A stretch of 17,058 nt of DNA from Fidelibacterota bacterium (GTDB lineage Bacteria; Fidelibacterota; Marinisomatia; Marinisomatales; UBA2128): the NCBI GenBank assembly GCA_046861645.1, contig JBHHUM010000047.1, positions 1 through 17,058 on the forward strand. Direction: 5' to 3'. The notes under the pieces are model-generated. The model did not search any database. It saw only the letters and a program-made list of their open reading frames with translations, and was not told where the DNA came from. Position numbers and translations under genes: made by a program. This document shows positions 8,280 through 16,900 of the stretch, in pieces; position 1 is the first letter of the stretch; the number at the start of each line of letters is the position of its first letter.

Positions 8280-8779
8280 AGAAAATCAAAATTAACAACA
8301 ACATTCAGGCGGAAGAAGTTCTGGTCATTGCGGATGATGGGACCAAGCTGGGTGTCATGTCCACCGAAAAGGCTATAGTCGCAGCGGAGAATGCAGGTCT
8401 TGATCTGGTCGAAGTTGCTCCCAAGTCAAATCCACCTGTTTGTCGCTTGATGGATTATGGGAAGCTTAAATATGATCAGAAAAAAAAGGATCAAAGCAGT
8501 AAGAAAAAACAGCATGTTATTAAGACAAAAGAAGTTAGATTCCGCCCCCGAATCAGCCAGAATGATTTTGAAACTAAGATCAATCTGTCCAAGAAATTCC
8601 TTGAGCAGGGATTTCACTTGAAAGTAACCGTGATGTACCGGGGAAGAGAGATGGCTCGTCAAGATTTAGGAGAAGATCTGGTAAATAGGATTTATGAAGC
8701 GTTAGATGGTTTTGCTGATGTGGAGAAGCGTGCAGAAATGCAAGGAAATAGATTTTCCATTTTAATGAAACCCGTTTAA
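8267..8779 (+). CDS. infC: Translation initiation factor IF-3, non-canonical ATC start
   Basis: The frame extends upstream of ATG 8357 through IKINNNIQAEEVLVIADDGTKLGVM (IF3 N-domain). AGGAG at 8253-8257 lies 9 nt before an in-frame ATC at 8267. Motifs LDLVEVAP, PPVCRLMDYGK, KEVRFRP, RGRE. Confidence 0.93.
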   Translation: MAKIEKIKINNNIQAEEVLVIADDGTKLGVMSTEKAIVAAENAGLDLVEVAPKSNPPVCRLMDYGKLKYDQKKKDQSSKKKQHVIKTKEVRFRPRISQNDFETKINLSKKFLEQGFHLKVTVMYRGREMARQDLGEDLVNRIYEALDGFADVEKRAEMQGNRFSILMKPV

Positions 8780-8792
8780 AGGAGTATCAGAG

Positions 8793-8987
8793 ATGCCAAA
8801 AATAAAAACTAGAAGGGGTGCAGCGAAAAGATTTAGTTTTACCAGTAAGGGTAAATTAAAAAAGAATAGAGCAAATCGTGCACATCTGCTTGGTAAGAAA
8901 AGTTCAAATAGGAAGCGTGGTCTTCGTCACAGCAATCAGGTCAGTGCTGCGGATGCCAGCCGCGTAAAGAAAATGTTAGGAGAATAA
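8793..8987 (+). CDS. rpmI: 50S ribosomal protein L35
   Basis: [14 protein letters not shown]...[23 protein letters not shown]; canonical position after infC. Confidence 0.97.
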   Translation: MPKIKTRRGAAKRFSFTSKGKLKKNRANRAHLLGKKSSNRKRGLRHSNQVSAADASRVKKMLGE

Positions 8988-8989
8988 CA

Positions 8990-9337
8990 ATGCCTCGTGT
9001 TACATCTTCCGTTCCAAGAAGGAAAAAACACAAGAAAATCTTACAACAAGCCAAGGGATATTACGGCGCACGTAGCAGACAATATAAGAGCGCCAAAGAT
9101 GCCATTGAAAGAGCGATGCTTTACAGTTACAGAGATCGTCGCCAACGCCGTCGTAATTTCAGACGGCTCTGGATTTCCAGAATCAATGCTGCCGCCCGGC
9201 AGAATGGCACTACTTATTCCCGGTTAATGGCTGGTCTGAAAGATAAAAATATTAACCTCGATAGAAAAGTGTTAGCTCATCTTGCTGTCCATGAACCTGA
9301 TGCTTTTAAGGTCATTGTGAAGCAAGCGGTGACATAG
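8990..9337 (+). CDS. rplT: 50S ribosomal protein L20
   Basis: MPRV...[10 protein letters not shown]...[24 protein letters not shown]...LDRKVLA. Confidence 0.98.
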   Translation: MPRVTSSVPRRKKHKKILQQAKGYYGARSRQYKSAKDAIERAMLYSYRDRRQRRRNFRRLWISRINAAARQNGTTYSRLMAGLKDKNINLDRKVLAHLAVHEPDAFKVIVKQAVT

Positions 9338-9377
9338 AATCGAAAATATTACACTTTTAGATAATCGATGTTATGTG

Positions 9378-9406
9378 AATCCGCTCAATACAACGGGCGG
9401 ATTTTT
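9378..9406 (+). terminator. Intrinsic terminator after rplT
   Basis: AATCCGCTC, 8 nt loop, GGGCGGATT (9 bp including one G-U), running into TTTTT. Confidence 0.75.
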
Positions 9407-9465
9407 GTATATTTATTTTTCAGTTAAAAGACATTAATTTGGATTTCAAGCATCAAAGCACTATT

Positions 9466-10488
9466 ATGAACATTTGGGACTTAATAGAAAAAATAAGAGC
9501 TGATTTTTCAAGAGCAGTAAAAGACAAATCTCTTTCTGATAAGGAAATCATCGAATTAAAGAATAAATTCCTGGGCCGGAAGGGAATGGTGGCTGATTTG
9601 TTTAGCCAGATGAAAGATGTTCCATTTGAGGATCGTCCTAAAGTTGGAAATAAACTGAACCAGTTGAAAAACGATTTAGGACAAGCGATTGATAATTTAC
9701 TGGCAGAAACTTTTAGGGATAAATCTTACGATATTGAAAAGTTAGACTATACACTTCCGGGAGATTTTATCCCGGTAGGATCCATACATCCTATTGAGAG
9801 TTCTATTCAGGAAATTAAGGAGATCTTTGGAGCAATTGGTTTTAACTCTGTGTATGGTCCTGAGATTGACGACGATTATCACAACTTTGAAGCTTTGAAT
9901 ATACCCCATCACCATCCAGCTCGGGATATGCAAGATACATTTTATATCGCAGAAGATATCGTACTCCGTACCCATACATCCAATACTCAAATTCACGTGA
10001 TGGAAAACCAGGAACCACCCTTAAGAGTTATTGTCCCCGGGAGAGTCTATCGTAATGAAGCTATCAGTGTCCGAAGTTATTGTCTATTTCACCAGATAGA
10101 AGGTCTTTACGTAGGTAAGGATGTTTCTTTTGCTGAGTTAAAAGGAACGTTAGAATATTTTGCACAATCGTTCTTTGGTATGGACGTGAAAACTCGTTTT
10201 CGTCCCAGTTATTTTCCTTTCACTGAGCCAAGTGCAGAAGTAGATGTATCGTGCATCTTTTGTAATGGACAGGGATGTAATACATGTAAAAGGACCGGAT
10301 GGTTGGAGATTCTGGGTTGTGGTATGGTTGATCCAGCTGTATTTGAAAAAGTGGGTTATGATCCTGAAATATGGAGTGGTTACGCTTTTGGGATGGGTAT
10401 CGAAAGATTAGCCATGTTAAAATATGGCATTAACGATATTAGACTTTTCTTTAATGGAGACGTCCGCTTTCTGAGGCAGTTCAGATGA
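9466..10488 (+). CDS. pheS: Phenylalanine--tRNA ligase alpha subunit
   Basis: FLGRKG, GSIHPI, NFEALNIPHHHPARDMQDTF, LRTHTS, FHQIEGL, RFRPSYFPFTEPSAE, CxxCxxxxCxxC insert, AFGMGIERLAML. ATG 9466 is preferred over TTG 9439. Confidence 0.98.
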   Translation: MNIWDLIEKIRADFSRAVKDKSLSDKEIIELKNKFLGRKGMVADLFSQMKDVPFEDRPKVGNKLNQLKNDLGQAIDNLLAETFRDKSYDIEKLDYTLPGDFIPVGSIHPIESSIQEIKEIFGAIGFNSVYGPEIDDDYHNFEALNIPHHHPARDMQDTFYIAEDIVLRTHTSNTQIHVMENQEPPLRVIVPGRVYRNEAISVRSYCLFHQIEGLYVGKDVSFAELKGTLEYFAQSFFGMDVKTRFRPSYFPFTEPSAEVDVSCIFCNGQGCNTCKRTGWLEILGCGMVDPAVFEKVGYDPEIWSGYAFGMGIERLAMLKYGINDIRLFFNGDVRFLRQFR

Positions 10489-12515
10489 TCATAAGTCTCG
10501 ATTGGTTACGTACTTTGGTTGATTTCAATATTAGTCCTCGACATTTAGCTGATTTGTTAACAGCTGGAGGGCTGGAAACAGAAGTAGGAAGTGAGAGTAT
10601 TCTTAAGCTTGATTTGACTCCCAACCGTCCTGATTGTATGTCCCATTTAGGAGTAGCACGTGAAGTAGCAGTCCTTAATGGGGGTAAGTTTAACCGACCT
10701 GTTATAAATCTTCAAGAGTCCGATCAAAATGTAGAAGAGTCGATTTCCGTAGAGATTAAGGATCCTGTTGCCTGCCCACGTTATGCAGTTCGCATAGTTA
10801 GAAATGTAAAAATAGGACCTTCCCCTGATTGGATGTCGACACGTTTGGAAACTGTAGGTATTCGAAGTATTAATAATGTGGTAGACATTGCAAACTATGT
10901 GCTGATGGAATTGGGACATCCTTTACACACTTTTGACTTAAGCAAAATCGAAGGTGAAAAAATCATTGTTAGATTAGCTTCGGAAGGAGAGAAAATTATT
11001 ACTCTCGACCATGAGGAGAGAATACTGAACAGTCGCCATCTATTAATTTGTGACACTGAAAAACCAATCGCACTCGCTGGAATAATGGGCTGTGCAAATT
11101 CAGAAGTAACTGAGTCAACTCAAGATATTCTGATAGAGAGTGCCTATTTTGATCCAGTAACCATTCGCAGGGGCGCCAAGTTTTTTGGTCTGAATACAGA
11201 AGCCTCAAAACGTTTTGAGAGAGGGACAGATTATGAAGGATTAATTATAGCCCTAAATAGAACTGCTGCGTTATTAGCTGAACTAGCTGGAGGTAGTGTT
11301 GATAAGGGGATTGTTGATGCATATCCTGACAAATTGTATTCATCAAAAATAGATCTACGAACCAATAAAATCGCTGCGGTAATAGGACAGAACATTGACG
11401 AAAGATTTATAGAAGAAACCTTCAATGGTTTGGAAATAGCTACAGAGCATTCTCCCGACGGATTTATATGTATTCCGCCATCATTCAGACCAGACCTTGA
11501 CCGGGAAATTGATCTGATAGAAGAATTGGCCAGGGTGTTTGGTTATGAAACCATTCCTTCCAAATTTTCATATGAAGGTGACTTAACAGAGGTCAGGCAA
11601 GATCCCCAAAAGCAGGTATACAAACTGAAGAGTTTCTTAGCTGGAATAGGGTTTAATGAAATCTTAAGTAACAGTCTTATGAATAGACATAAAGCTACCT
11701 TATTTGTAAAAAGTGAGCCCTTGGAAGTTCAAAATCCTCTCAGTCATGAAATGTCAGCTTTACGTCCATCATTAATTCCTGGTCTTCTTCGTACTTTAAG
11801 ATATAACCTAAATAGAAATGAGACGAATCTCGCTCTTTTTGAATATGGAGTAGTGTTTTCAGCTAACCCTAAAATGGAATTGGGTAGAGAGGAATCAGCC
11901 CAGTTAGCTGGCATCGTATGTGGAAAAAGAGAACCTCAGGGATGGCGATCTGGTCATCAATCATTTGATTTCTATTATTTAAAAGGGATTATTAATGCAC
12001 TTGCAAAATATATGAATGTGAATAAAGTAACTCATTCTGCTGTCGATAATCCTTATTATTTCGATAACGAATTTGAAGCTAAAGTCAAGGAGGATACTCT
12101 TGCAGTTTATGGCAGCATTCAACAAAACCATCTTAAAATTTATGAAATTGAAGAACCAGTATTTGGGTTTTCAATAAATCTCGAAATCGCTCTTGACCTT
12201 CTGTCCAGGACAATTCGATTTTCACCAGTTCCCCAATTCCCAGGTATCGTTCGGGATTTTTCTTTCTCTATAGGAAAAAATGTGAAAGCTGCAGATGTAG
12301 AAGTACTGTTATGGTCTGAAGGAACTGATCTACTAAAAAACGTTGAGCTTATAGATCTCTATACTGGGGAACAAATTAGTTCTCGTGATAAAAGTGTGAC
12401 CTTTAGACTTCAATTTCAAGCGACGGACAGGACACTTACGGATGAAGAAATAGATGATATTTCGACACTAATAATTCAAGTGGTAAGGAAAAATTTAGGA
12501 GCTAAATTACGATAG
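10485..12515 (+). CDS. pheT: Phenylalanine--tRNA ligase beta subunit, short form without the B2 OB-fold
   Basis: MIISLDWL, LTPNRPDCMSHLGVARE, INNVVDIANYV, GHPLHTFD, RFERG, PPSFRPDL..EIDLIEELAR, NPLS, C-terminal B8 domain (RDFSF...DRTLTDEEI). ATGA overlap with pheS. Confidence 0.97.
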   Translation: MIISLDWLRTLVDFNISPRHLADLLTAGGLETEVGSESILKLDLTPNRPDCMSHLGVAREVAVLNGGKFNRPVINLQESDQNVEESISVEIKDPVACPRYAVRIVRNVKIGPSPDWMSTRLETVGIRSINNVVDIANYVLMELGHPLHTFDLSKIEGEKIIVRLASEGEKIITLDHEERILNSRHLLICDTEKPIALAGIMGCANSEVTESTQDILIESAYFDPVTIRRGAKFFGLNTEASKRFERGTDYEGLIIALNRTAALLAELAGGSVDKGIVDAYPDKLYSSKIDLRTNKIAAVIGQNIDERFIEETFNGLEIATEHSPDGFICIPPSFRPDLDREIDLIEELARVFGYETIPSKFSYEGDLTEVRQDPQKQVYKLKSFLAGIGFNEILSNSLMNRHKATLFVKSEPLEVQNPLSHEMSALRPSLIPGLLRTLRYNLNRNETNLALFEYGVVFSANPKMELGREESAQLAGIVCGKREPQGWRSGHQSFDFYYLKGIINALAKYMNVNKVTHSAVDNPYYFDNEFEAKVKEDTLAVYGSIQQNHLKIYEIEEPVFGFSINLEIALDLLSRTIRFSPVPQFPGIVRDFSFSIGKNVKAADVEVLLWSEGTDLLKNVELIDLYTGEQISSRDKSVTFRLQFQATDRTLTDEEIDDISTLIIQVVRKNLGAKLR

Positions 12516-12517
12516 TG

Positions 12518-12694
12518 ATGAGTGTACAACTTCCCCAACTAAAAGCATTAGAACAGCGGATTGAGCAGTTATCCGAAGAAATTAACAATTTGCGAAAGAA
12601 AAATAATAATGGTTCGGTATCGCTTAATGCTGAGGTAAAATCCCATATAGAGGAAAAAATTCGAAAATTGCTGGATATGTTAAATGCTTTCTAA
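12518..12694 (+). CDS. Small coiled-coil protein, ZapB-like (58 aa; absent from the ORF track)
   Basis: Hand translation: MSVQLPQLKALEQRIEQLSEEINNLRKKNNNGSVSLNAEVKSHIEEKIRKLLDMLNAF*. Heptad Leu/Ile pattern; fills the pheT-zapA gap; its stop overlaps the zapA SD. Confidence 0.8.
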   Translation: MSVQLPQLKALEQRIEQLSEEINNLRKKNNNGSVSLNAEVKSHIEEKIRKLLDMLNAF

Positions 12695-12704
12695 GGAGGT
12701 ATTT

Positions 12705-13004
12705 ATGGAGGATCAAGATCAGAATTTTGTTCGAGTATCAATTTTTGGTCAGGAGTATACTGTTAAAGCACAAGCGGATTCCAGGTACATAGCTGATGTC
12801 GCTGAGTATGTAGATTCGAAAATGCAGGAGGTAGCAGAAGGATTACCTTCCAATCAATCTGAGTTAAGAATTGCTATACTAACTGCCATGAGCATCACTG
12901 ATGAACTGTTTTCCATCAGGCGCGAGAGAGAAGATATAATCTCTGATGTGGAGAATCGGGCAGCGTCCATGGTAGAACTGATTGATGAGTCGGTTCTCTC
13001 TTAG
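12705..13004 (+). CDS. zapA: Cell division protein ZapA
   Basis: VRVSIFGQEYTVK...VAEYVDSKM...IAILTAMSITDELF followed by a coiled coil. Strong SD AAGGAGGT (12693-12700) before ATG 12705. Confidence 0.92.
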   Translation: MEDQDQNFVRVSIFGQEYTVKAQADSRYIADVAEYVDSKMQEVAEGLPSNQSELRIAILTAMSITDELFSIRREREDIISDVENRAASMVELIDESVLS

Positions 13005-13064
13005 AAGTTGTTTTACTGGCTTATTAGTTAGTTTTTTCATTCATATCACCTCGGAGTTATCTAA

Positions 13065-13955
13065 ATGTCAAACACAACCTCTACATTAATTCTATCAGGT
13101 AAAGAAGTTGCAGCAGCCGTGTATGATCGCTTGGAGGCAACGATTTCATCATTAGCCTCTCGAGGAGTGGTACCAGGATTGGCTGCGGTATTAATGGGAA
13201 GCGATCCAGCTTCGGAAGTCTATGTTCGCATGAAGACAAAACGCTTCGCTAAACTTAACCTTCATTCAGAAACCATATATATCCCAAATGATATGAAAGA
13301 ACATGATATCGTGGATATTATAGTCCGTCTGAATGAAAACCCTGAATTTCATGGAATACTGGTACAGCTTCCCCTTCCAAAGGAAATTAATACCGACCGG
13401 ATACTCAATACAGTCTCTCCAGTAAAGGATGTAGATGGGTTTCATCCTGAAAATCTGGGACGATTGGCATCTGGTCAACCGAGATTCATTCCCTGTACAC
13501 CTAAGGGGATACTTGAAATTTTAAAATTCTATCATATTTCTCCTCAGGGGAAGCATGTTGTAGTGGTGGGGAGGAGTAATATTGTAGGTAGACCCATGTC
13601 TCTGTTATTAGGATTGAAGAATGAAACTGGTAATGCAACTGTTACTGTCTGCCATTCCCGAACCCCTGATATTGGATATCATACCAGACAAGCAGATATA
13701 ATAATTGCCGCTGTAGGTGTTCCCAATTTAGTTAATGCTGAAATGGTATCTCCAGGGACAGTCATCATTGATGTAGGAGTGAACAGGGTAGATGATAAGA
13801 GTGAAAAGGGGTATCATCTTGAGGGTGATGTAGATTTTGATGGAGTACAGGGCATTGCTTCAGCCATTACTCCGGTTCCTGGTGGAGTTGGCCCCATGAC
13901 GATAGCCATGCTGGTACAGAATACTGTGGATGCTGCGAAAAACATGCTTACATAA
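13065..13955 (+). CDS. folD: Bifunctional methylenetetrahydrofolate dehydrogenase/cyclohydrolase
   Basis: PGLAAVL, PASEVYVRMK, HGILVQLPLP, KDVDGFHPEN, PCTP, GRSNIVGRP, IDVGVNR, TPVPGGVGPMTIAML. Confidence 0.98.
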   Translation: MSNTTSTLILSGKEVAAAVYDRLEATISSLASRGVVPGLAAVLMGSDPASEVYVRMKTKRFAKLNLHSETIYIPNDMKEHDIVDIIVRLNENPEFHGILVQLPLPKEINTDRILNTVSPVKDVDGFHPENLGRLASGQPRFIPCTPKGILEILKFYHISPQGKHVVVVGRSNIVGRPMSLLLGLKNETGNATVTVCHSRTPDIGYHTRQADIIIAAVGVPNLVNAEMVSPGTVIIDVGVNRVDDKSEKGYHLEGDVDFDGVQGIASAITPVPGGVGPMTIAMLVQNTVDAAKNMLT

Positions 13956-14031
13956 TAGATTTTAGTTATGATGTATAACTTATAGTATTTCAATAGCTAA
14001 ACTAAGATAGGTAATAGTAAATTTTGACGTT

Positions 14032-14106
14032 GCCCCCATAGCTCAGTCAGGATAGAGCGTCGGATTCCGGTTCCGAAGGCCAGAGGTTCGAGTCCTCTTG
14101 GGGGTA
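14032..14106 (+). tRNA. tRNA-Arg (anticodon CCG); CCA not encoded
   Basis: GCCCCCA/TGGGGGT acceptor, GCTC/GAGC D stem with A20, TCGGA-TTCCGGT-TCCGA anticodon arm (CCG at 14067-14069), AGAGG-TTCGAGT-CCTCT T arm. Confidence 0.95.
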
Positions 14107-14137
14107 CAAGGTGGGTAGTAAATAAACAAGTGACTAT

Positions 14138-15190
14138 TCATTCTTTATCACCAGATAGTGAGAGAGCAGAACGGTAACCCTTGCGGTGATGATGGATAAT
14201 TTCAGTAATCACACTTACAGCAATCTCCGGAACGGTTTCAGCTTGGATATCTAGCCCCACTGGAGAGTGAATTTTATTTATCTGTTCCTGTGAAATACCT
14301 TCTTTATTAAGCGAATCAGATAATATCTTCCATTTTCGTTGACTGCTGACGAGCCCCACATAATCAAGATTCTGTTTGATTAGCCAATGCATCAAATGCA
14401 AATCTTGCTGATGACCTCTTGTTGCAACCAAGGCATAATCCTGAGGTGACGTCGAAACCTGATCATCAAGATTAGATGATAAATCCAGTTTAGTGTACTG
14501 TATATCAGGAAATCGCTCTGAGTTAAGAAATTCCACTCGATCATCATAAACTTGAACGTCTAAATCGATAAAATGTGCAATATCTGCGACTGCTTTACCT
14601 ACATGACCAGCGCCAAAGATGTGTAGGACAGGGGGAGGCAATAACAACTGAATAAGCTGTATGGTATTGTCATCCTCGAAGGAGTGAGGTTTACCACTTT
14701 TAATAACGCTATCCATTTTTTTCTTAAGTGTTTCCGGACAATTATCCGGGAGTCTATTAGATCCATACCAGCTGCGGGATGGTGATATATCGTCAGTTTT
14801 GTTAAGAGTTGTAACCAGTAATCCAGATGAACTACTGGAATTCAAATAATCGATGGATTTCCAGAAATTCTGGAGGGACTTGGTAAAAGGCTCGATCAGA
14901 ATTTTCGTAATGCCCCCGCAGAGACTACCATCAGCTTCTGTATTATCATTAGTCAAATCAAATTGCTTCAGGATTGGTTTACCGGAATCAATAACCTGTT
15001 TTGAAGTTTCAATGACATCGAATTCCATACGCCCACCCCCCACAGTGCCCGTATTCCTCCCTTCTTCAGGAACCAGCATGAGAGGATAGTCCTTTCTTGG
15101 CACAGAACCTTTCGACAGTACAATAGTACAGAGTGCTGCTTTTTGTGTAATGTCAAAATCTATTAGTGTTTGATATACCTCTTTTTCCAT
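14138..15190 (-). CDS. xdhC: XdhC/CoxI-family molybdenum hydroxylase accessory (Moco chaperone) protein
   Basis: GSVPR, GTVGGGRME, LCGG, IFGAGHVG, DDR, VATRGHQQD, YVGLVSS, IHSPVGLDIQAETVPEIAVSVITEI. Confidence 0.9.
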   Translation of the reverse strand: MEKEVYQTLIDFDITQKAALCTIVLSKGSVPRKDYPLMLVPEEGRNTGTVGGGRMEFDVIETSKQVIDSGKPILKQFDLTNDNTEADGSLCGGITKILIEPFTKSLQNFWKSIDYLNSSSSSGLLVTTLNKTDDISPSRSWYGSNRLPDNCPETLKKKMDSVIKSGKPHSFEDDNTIQLIQLLLPPPVLHIFGAGHVGKAVADIAHFIDLDVQVYDDRVEFLNSERFPDIQYTKLDLSSNLDDQVSTSPQDYALVATRGHQQDLHLMHWLIKQNLDYVGLVSSQRKWKILSDSLNKEGISQEQINKIHSPVGLDIQAETVPEIAVSVITEIIHHHRKGYRSALSLSGDKE

Positions 15191-15202
15191 GACGGTTTGT
15201 AT

Positions 15203-15994
15203 TCAACCCTGAGTATTAATTAAGACTGCTTCAAGCACTGCCCGGCCAATGGATCGAGCTTTATCAGAAATGCTCAGATAATCAACATCTCCACGAGGGT
15301 CAATATCTCCTATCTTTAATCCATCTGTGACTGGCACAGCAGGATTTATTAGACCTCGGACAATTCCAGAAAGGGGAGAGGTAATTGCTGTGTTATCATC
15401 CAAACTTCCTATTTCATCTCCTTCTTGTACAATATCTCCAAATGATACATTCCACTTCAATATCCCGTTTCCTGGAGATTTTATCACTCTTCGTTTTGTT
15501 TCACCGCCAACATTACCCGGTATTCCGGTATCAGGCAAAGCTTTCCCTTTCCATATGACCTTCCCAAGATTGTGACCCCTCATCGTTTCGATAACGGCAT
15601 GGCAATTCCTACCTGCTGAAAATCCTGGACCAAGTCCTATTACAAATTTCGCCCAATTACGATAATCAGAGTTATATCTTTTTTTCATGCGAACATCTAC
15701 TAAAATATCAGGTGAAAGTTCTTTCAGTTGTTCAGGTTTGTCAAGTAACAAGGGAATATAGTTTGATTTCTCTAACGGGAATGAGCTCATGTCTACAAGC
15801 TTGGCTGAAACATCCTCGACAAATGACTCACCTTCAATAACGGCATCGCTGAATGTTACCGGACGGCGAATAGCTAAAGGGGGGTTAATTTCACTCAGAA
15901 ATATTCTAAACCCCGCTCGAAATAAGGAGACAGCTGCAGCGCTCCCTAATTCACCAGCTCCGCGAATCCAGATTACGGGTTTGGTCTTGTTCAT
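15203..15994 (-). CDS. yqeB: Selenium-dependent molybdenum cofactor biosynthesis protein YqeB (EF2563 family)
   Basis: IRGAGELGS, AIRRPVTFSDAV, VDVRMKK, IGLGPGFSAG, VIETMRGHNLGKVI, DTGIPG, G-IVRGLI, KIGDIDPR, ISDKARSIGRAVLEA. Start moved to ATG 15994, just after the yqeC stop and preceded by GGTGG. Confidence 0.92.
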   Translation of the reverse strand: MNKTKPVIWIRGAGELGSAAAVSLFRAGFRIFLSEINPPLAIRRPVTFSDAVIEGESFVEDVSAKLVDMSSFPLEKSNYIPLLLDKPEQLKELSPDILVDVRMKKRYNSDYRNWAKFVIGLGPGFSAGRNCHAVIETMRGHNLGKVIWKGKALPDTGIPGNVGGETKRRVIKSPGNGILKWNVSFGDIVQEGDEIGSLDDNTAITSPLSGIVRGLINPAVPVTDGLKIGDIDPRGDVDYLSISDKARSIGRAVLEAVLINTQG

Positions 15995-15995
15995 A

Positions 15996-16727
15996 TTATT
16001 CTTTCCACCATGATTCCCTGACACTTCCATAGAAAACTGAATGTGAAGAACGATCCTTGATAGCTGCTGCCAGTGCCCGAGATTCATCATTATTTGAACT
16101 GACTTTGTTGATGAAATAGACTATTTGAACCGGTGCAGGGATTTTGGATAGGTATCCAAGGGGATGGGTGACAACTTTTGCGATTATATCTGGTGTGAGA
16201 ATTTCCTCAGGAGTCAGTTTCCACTTTTCGCAGAACAGTTCCGGCCGGTGAACCTTTCCGTCTTGAATCCTCGTGTTAATTGCATCAGCACCTATCAATA
16301 TGATCACATGAGTAGAAAAAACCGGAACAACGGGATCATAGTCAGTATGTGCCTTAAGAGGGAGGTTTCGTGAGCCGTCTGCCTCAACCAGGGTAATATC
16401 GGCATATTGGTGGAACGTTTTTAACTGGTTAACAGTAAAACCCTGATATTTATCCGTTCGAATTTTCTTTTGTAGTAAATAGAGTGGATTCTGTGCTTTG
16501 AATTTAGACTCTAAATCAACATTTTCATTTGAATCAATTAAGTGAAGGGGAACACTCTTTTCAGGTCCTGCTTTTGTAACAGAAGTTAACAGGACTTTGT
16601 CAAAGTGTAATGACAACTCCTTTCCCAACTTAAAAACAAGGGAAGACTTACCTCCTCCACCCAGAAAAGCTACACAAGCTCCTTTGGATAAAGGTACCTC
16701 ATCGTGGAATATGTTTGAGAATAACAT
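15996..16727 (-). CDS. yqeC: Selenium cofactor biosynthesis protein YqeC
   Basis: VAFLGGGGKSSL, LVEADGSRNLPLKA, DPVVP, VHRPELF, FINKV; adjacent to yqeB. Confidence 0.9.
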   Translation of the reverse strand: MLFSNIFHDEVPLSKGACVAFLGGGGKSSLVFKLGKELSLHFDKVLLTSVTKAGPEKSVPLHLIDSNENVDLESKFKAQNPLYLLQKKIRTDKYQGFTVNQLKTFHQYADITLVEADGSRNLPLKAHTDYDPVVPVFSTHVIILIGADAINTRIQDGKVHRPELFCEKWKLTPEEILTPDIIAKVVTHPLGYLSKIPAPVQIVYFINKVSSNNDESRALAAAIKDRSSHSVFYGSVRESWWKE

Positions 16728-16833
16728 GGGTAGCAGCTTGGGTAGAAATTAATTCAGTATACATCAAGCAAAAAGAGAAGTCTTAGACCCAAATTCCGAC
16801 ATTGAATTGTACATCTACCACCGATTATCCTGT

Positions 16834-16900
16834 AAAAAAAGCCGGGACAGGCTTATGAAGAGTGGAGAACTCGAACTCACCCCACGCATGTCCGCCCGGC
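16834..16900 (-). terminator. Terminator-like hairpin plus U7 tract, about 106 nt upstream of yqeC
   Basis: On the minus strand, either a short AAGCC-TGTCCC-GGCTT hairpin or a longer GCCGGG-CGG...CTG-T-CCCGGC hairpin is followed directly by TTTTTTT (A7 at 16834-16840 on +). Confidence 0.6.

Noticed and set aside
575..16373. Other short antisense or alternate-frame ORFs in the track (e.g. 575-856, 1246-1548, 8997-9227, 14853-15089, 15789-16013)
   Set aside because: All lie largely or wholly within well-supported genes and show no family motifs.
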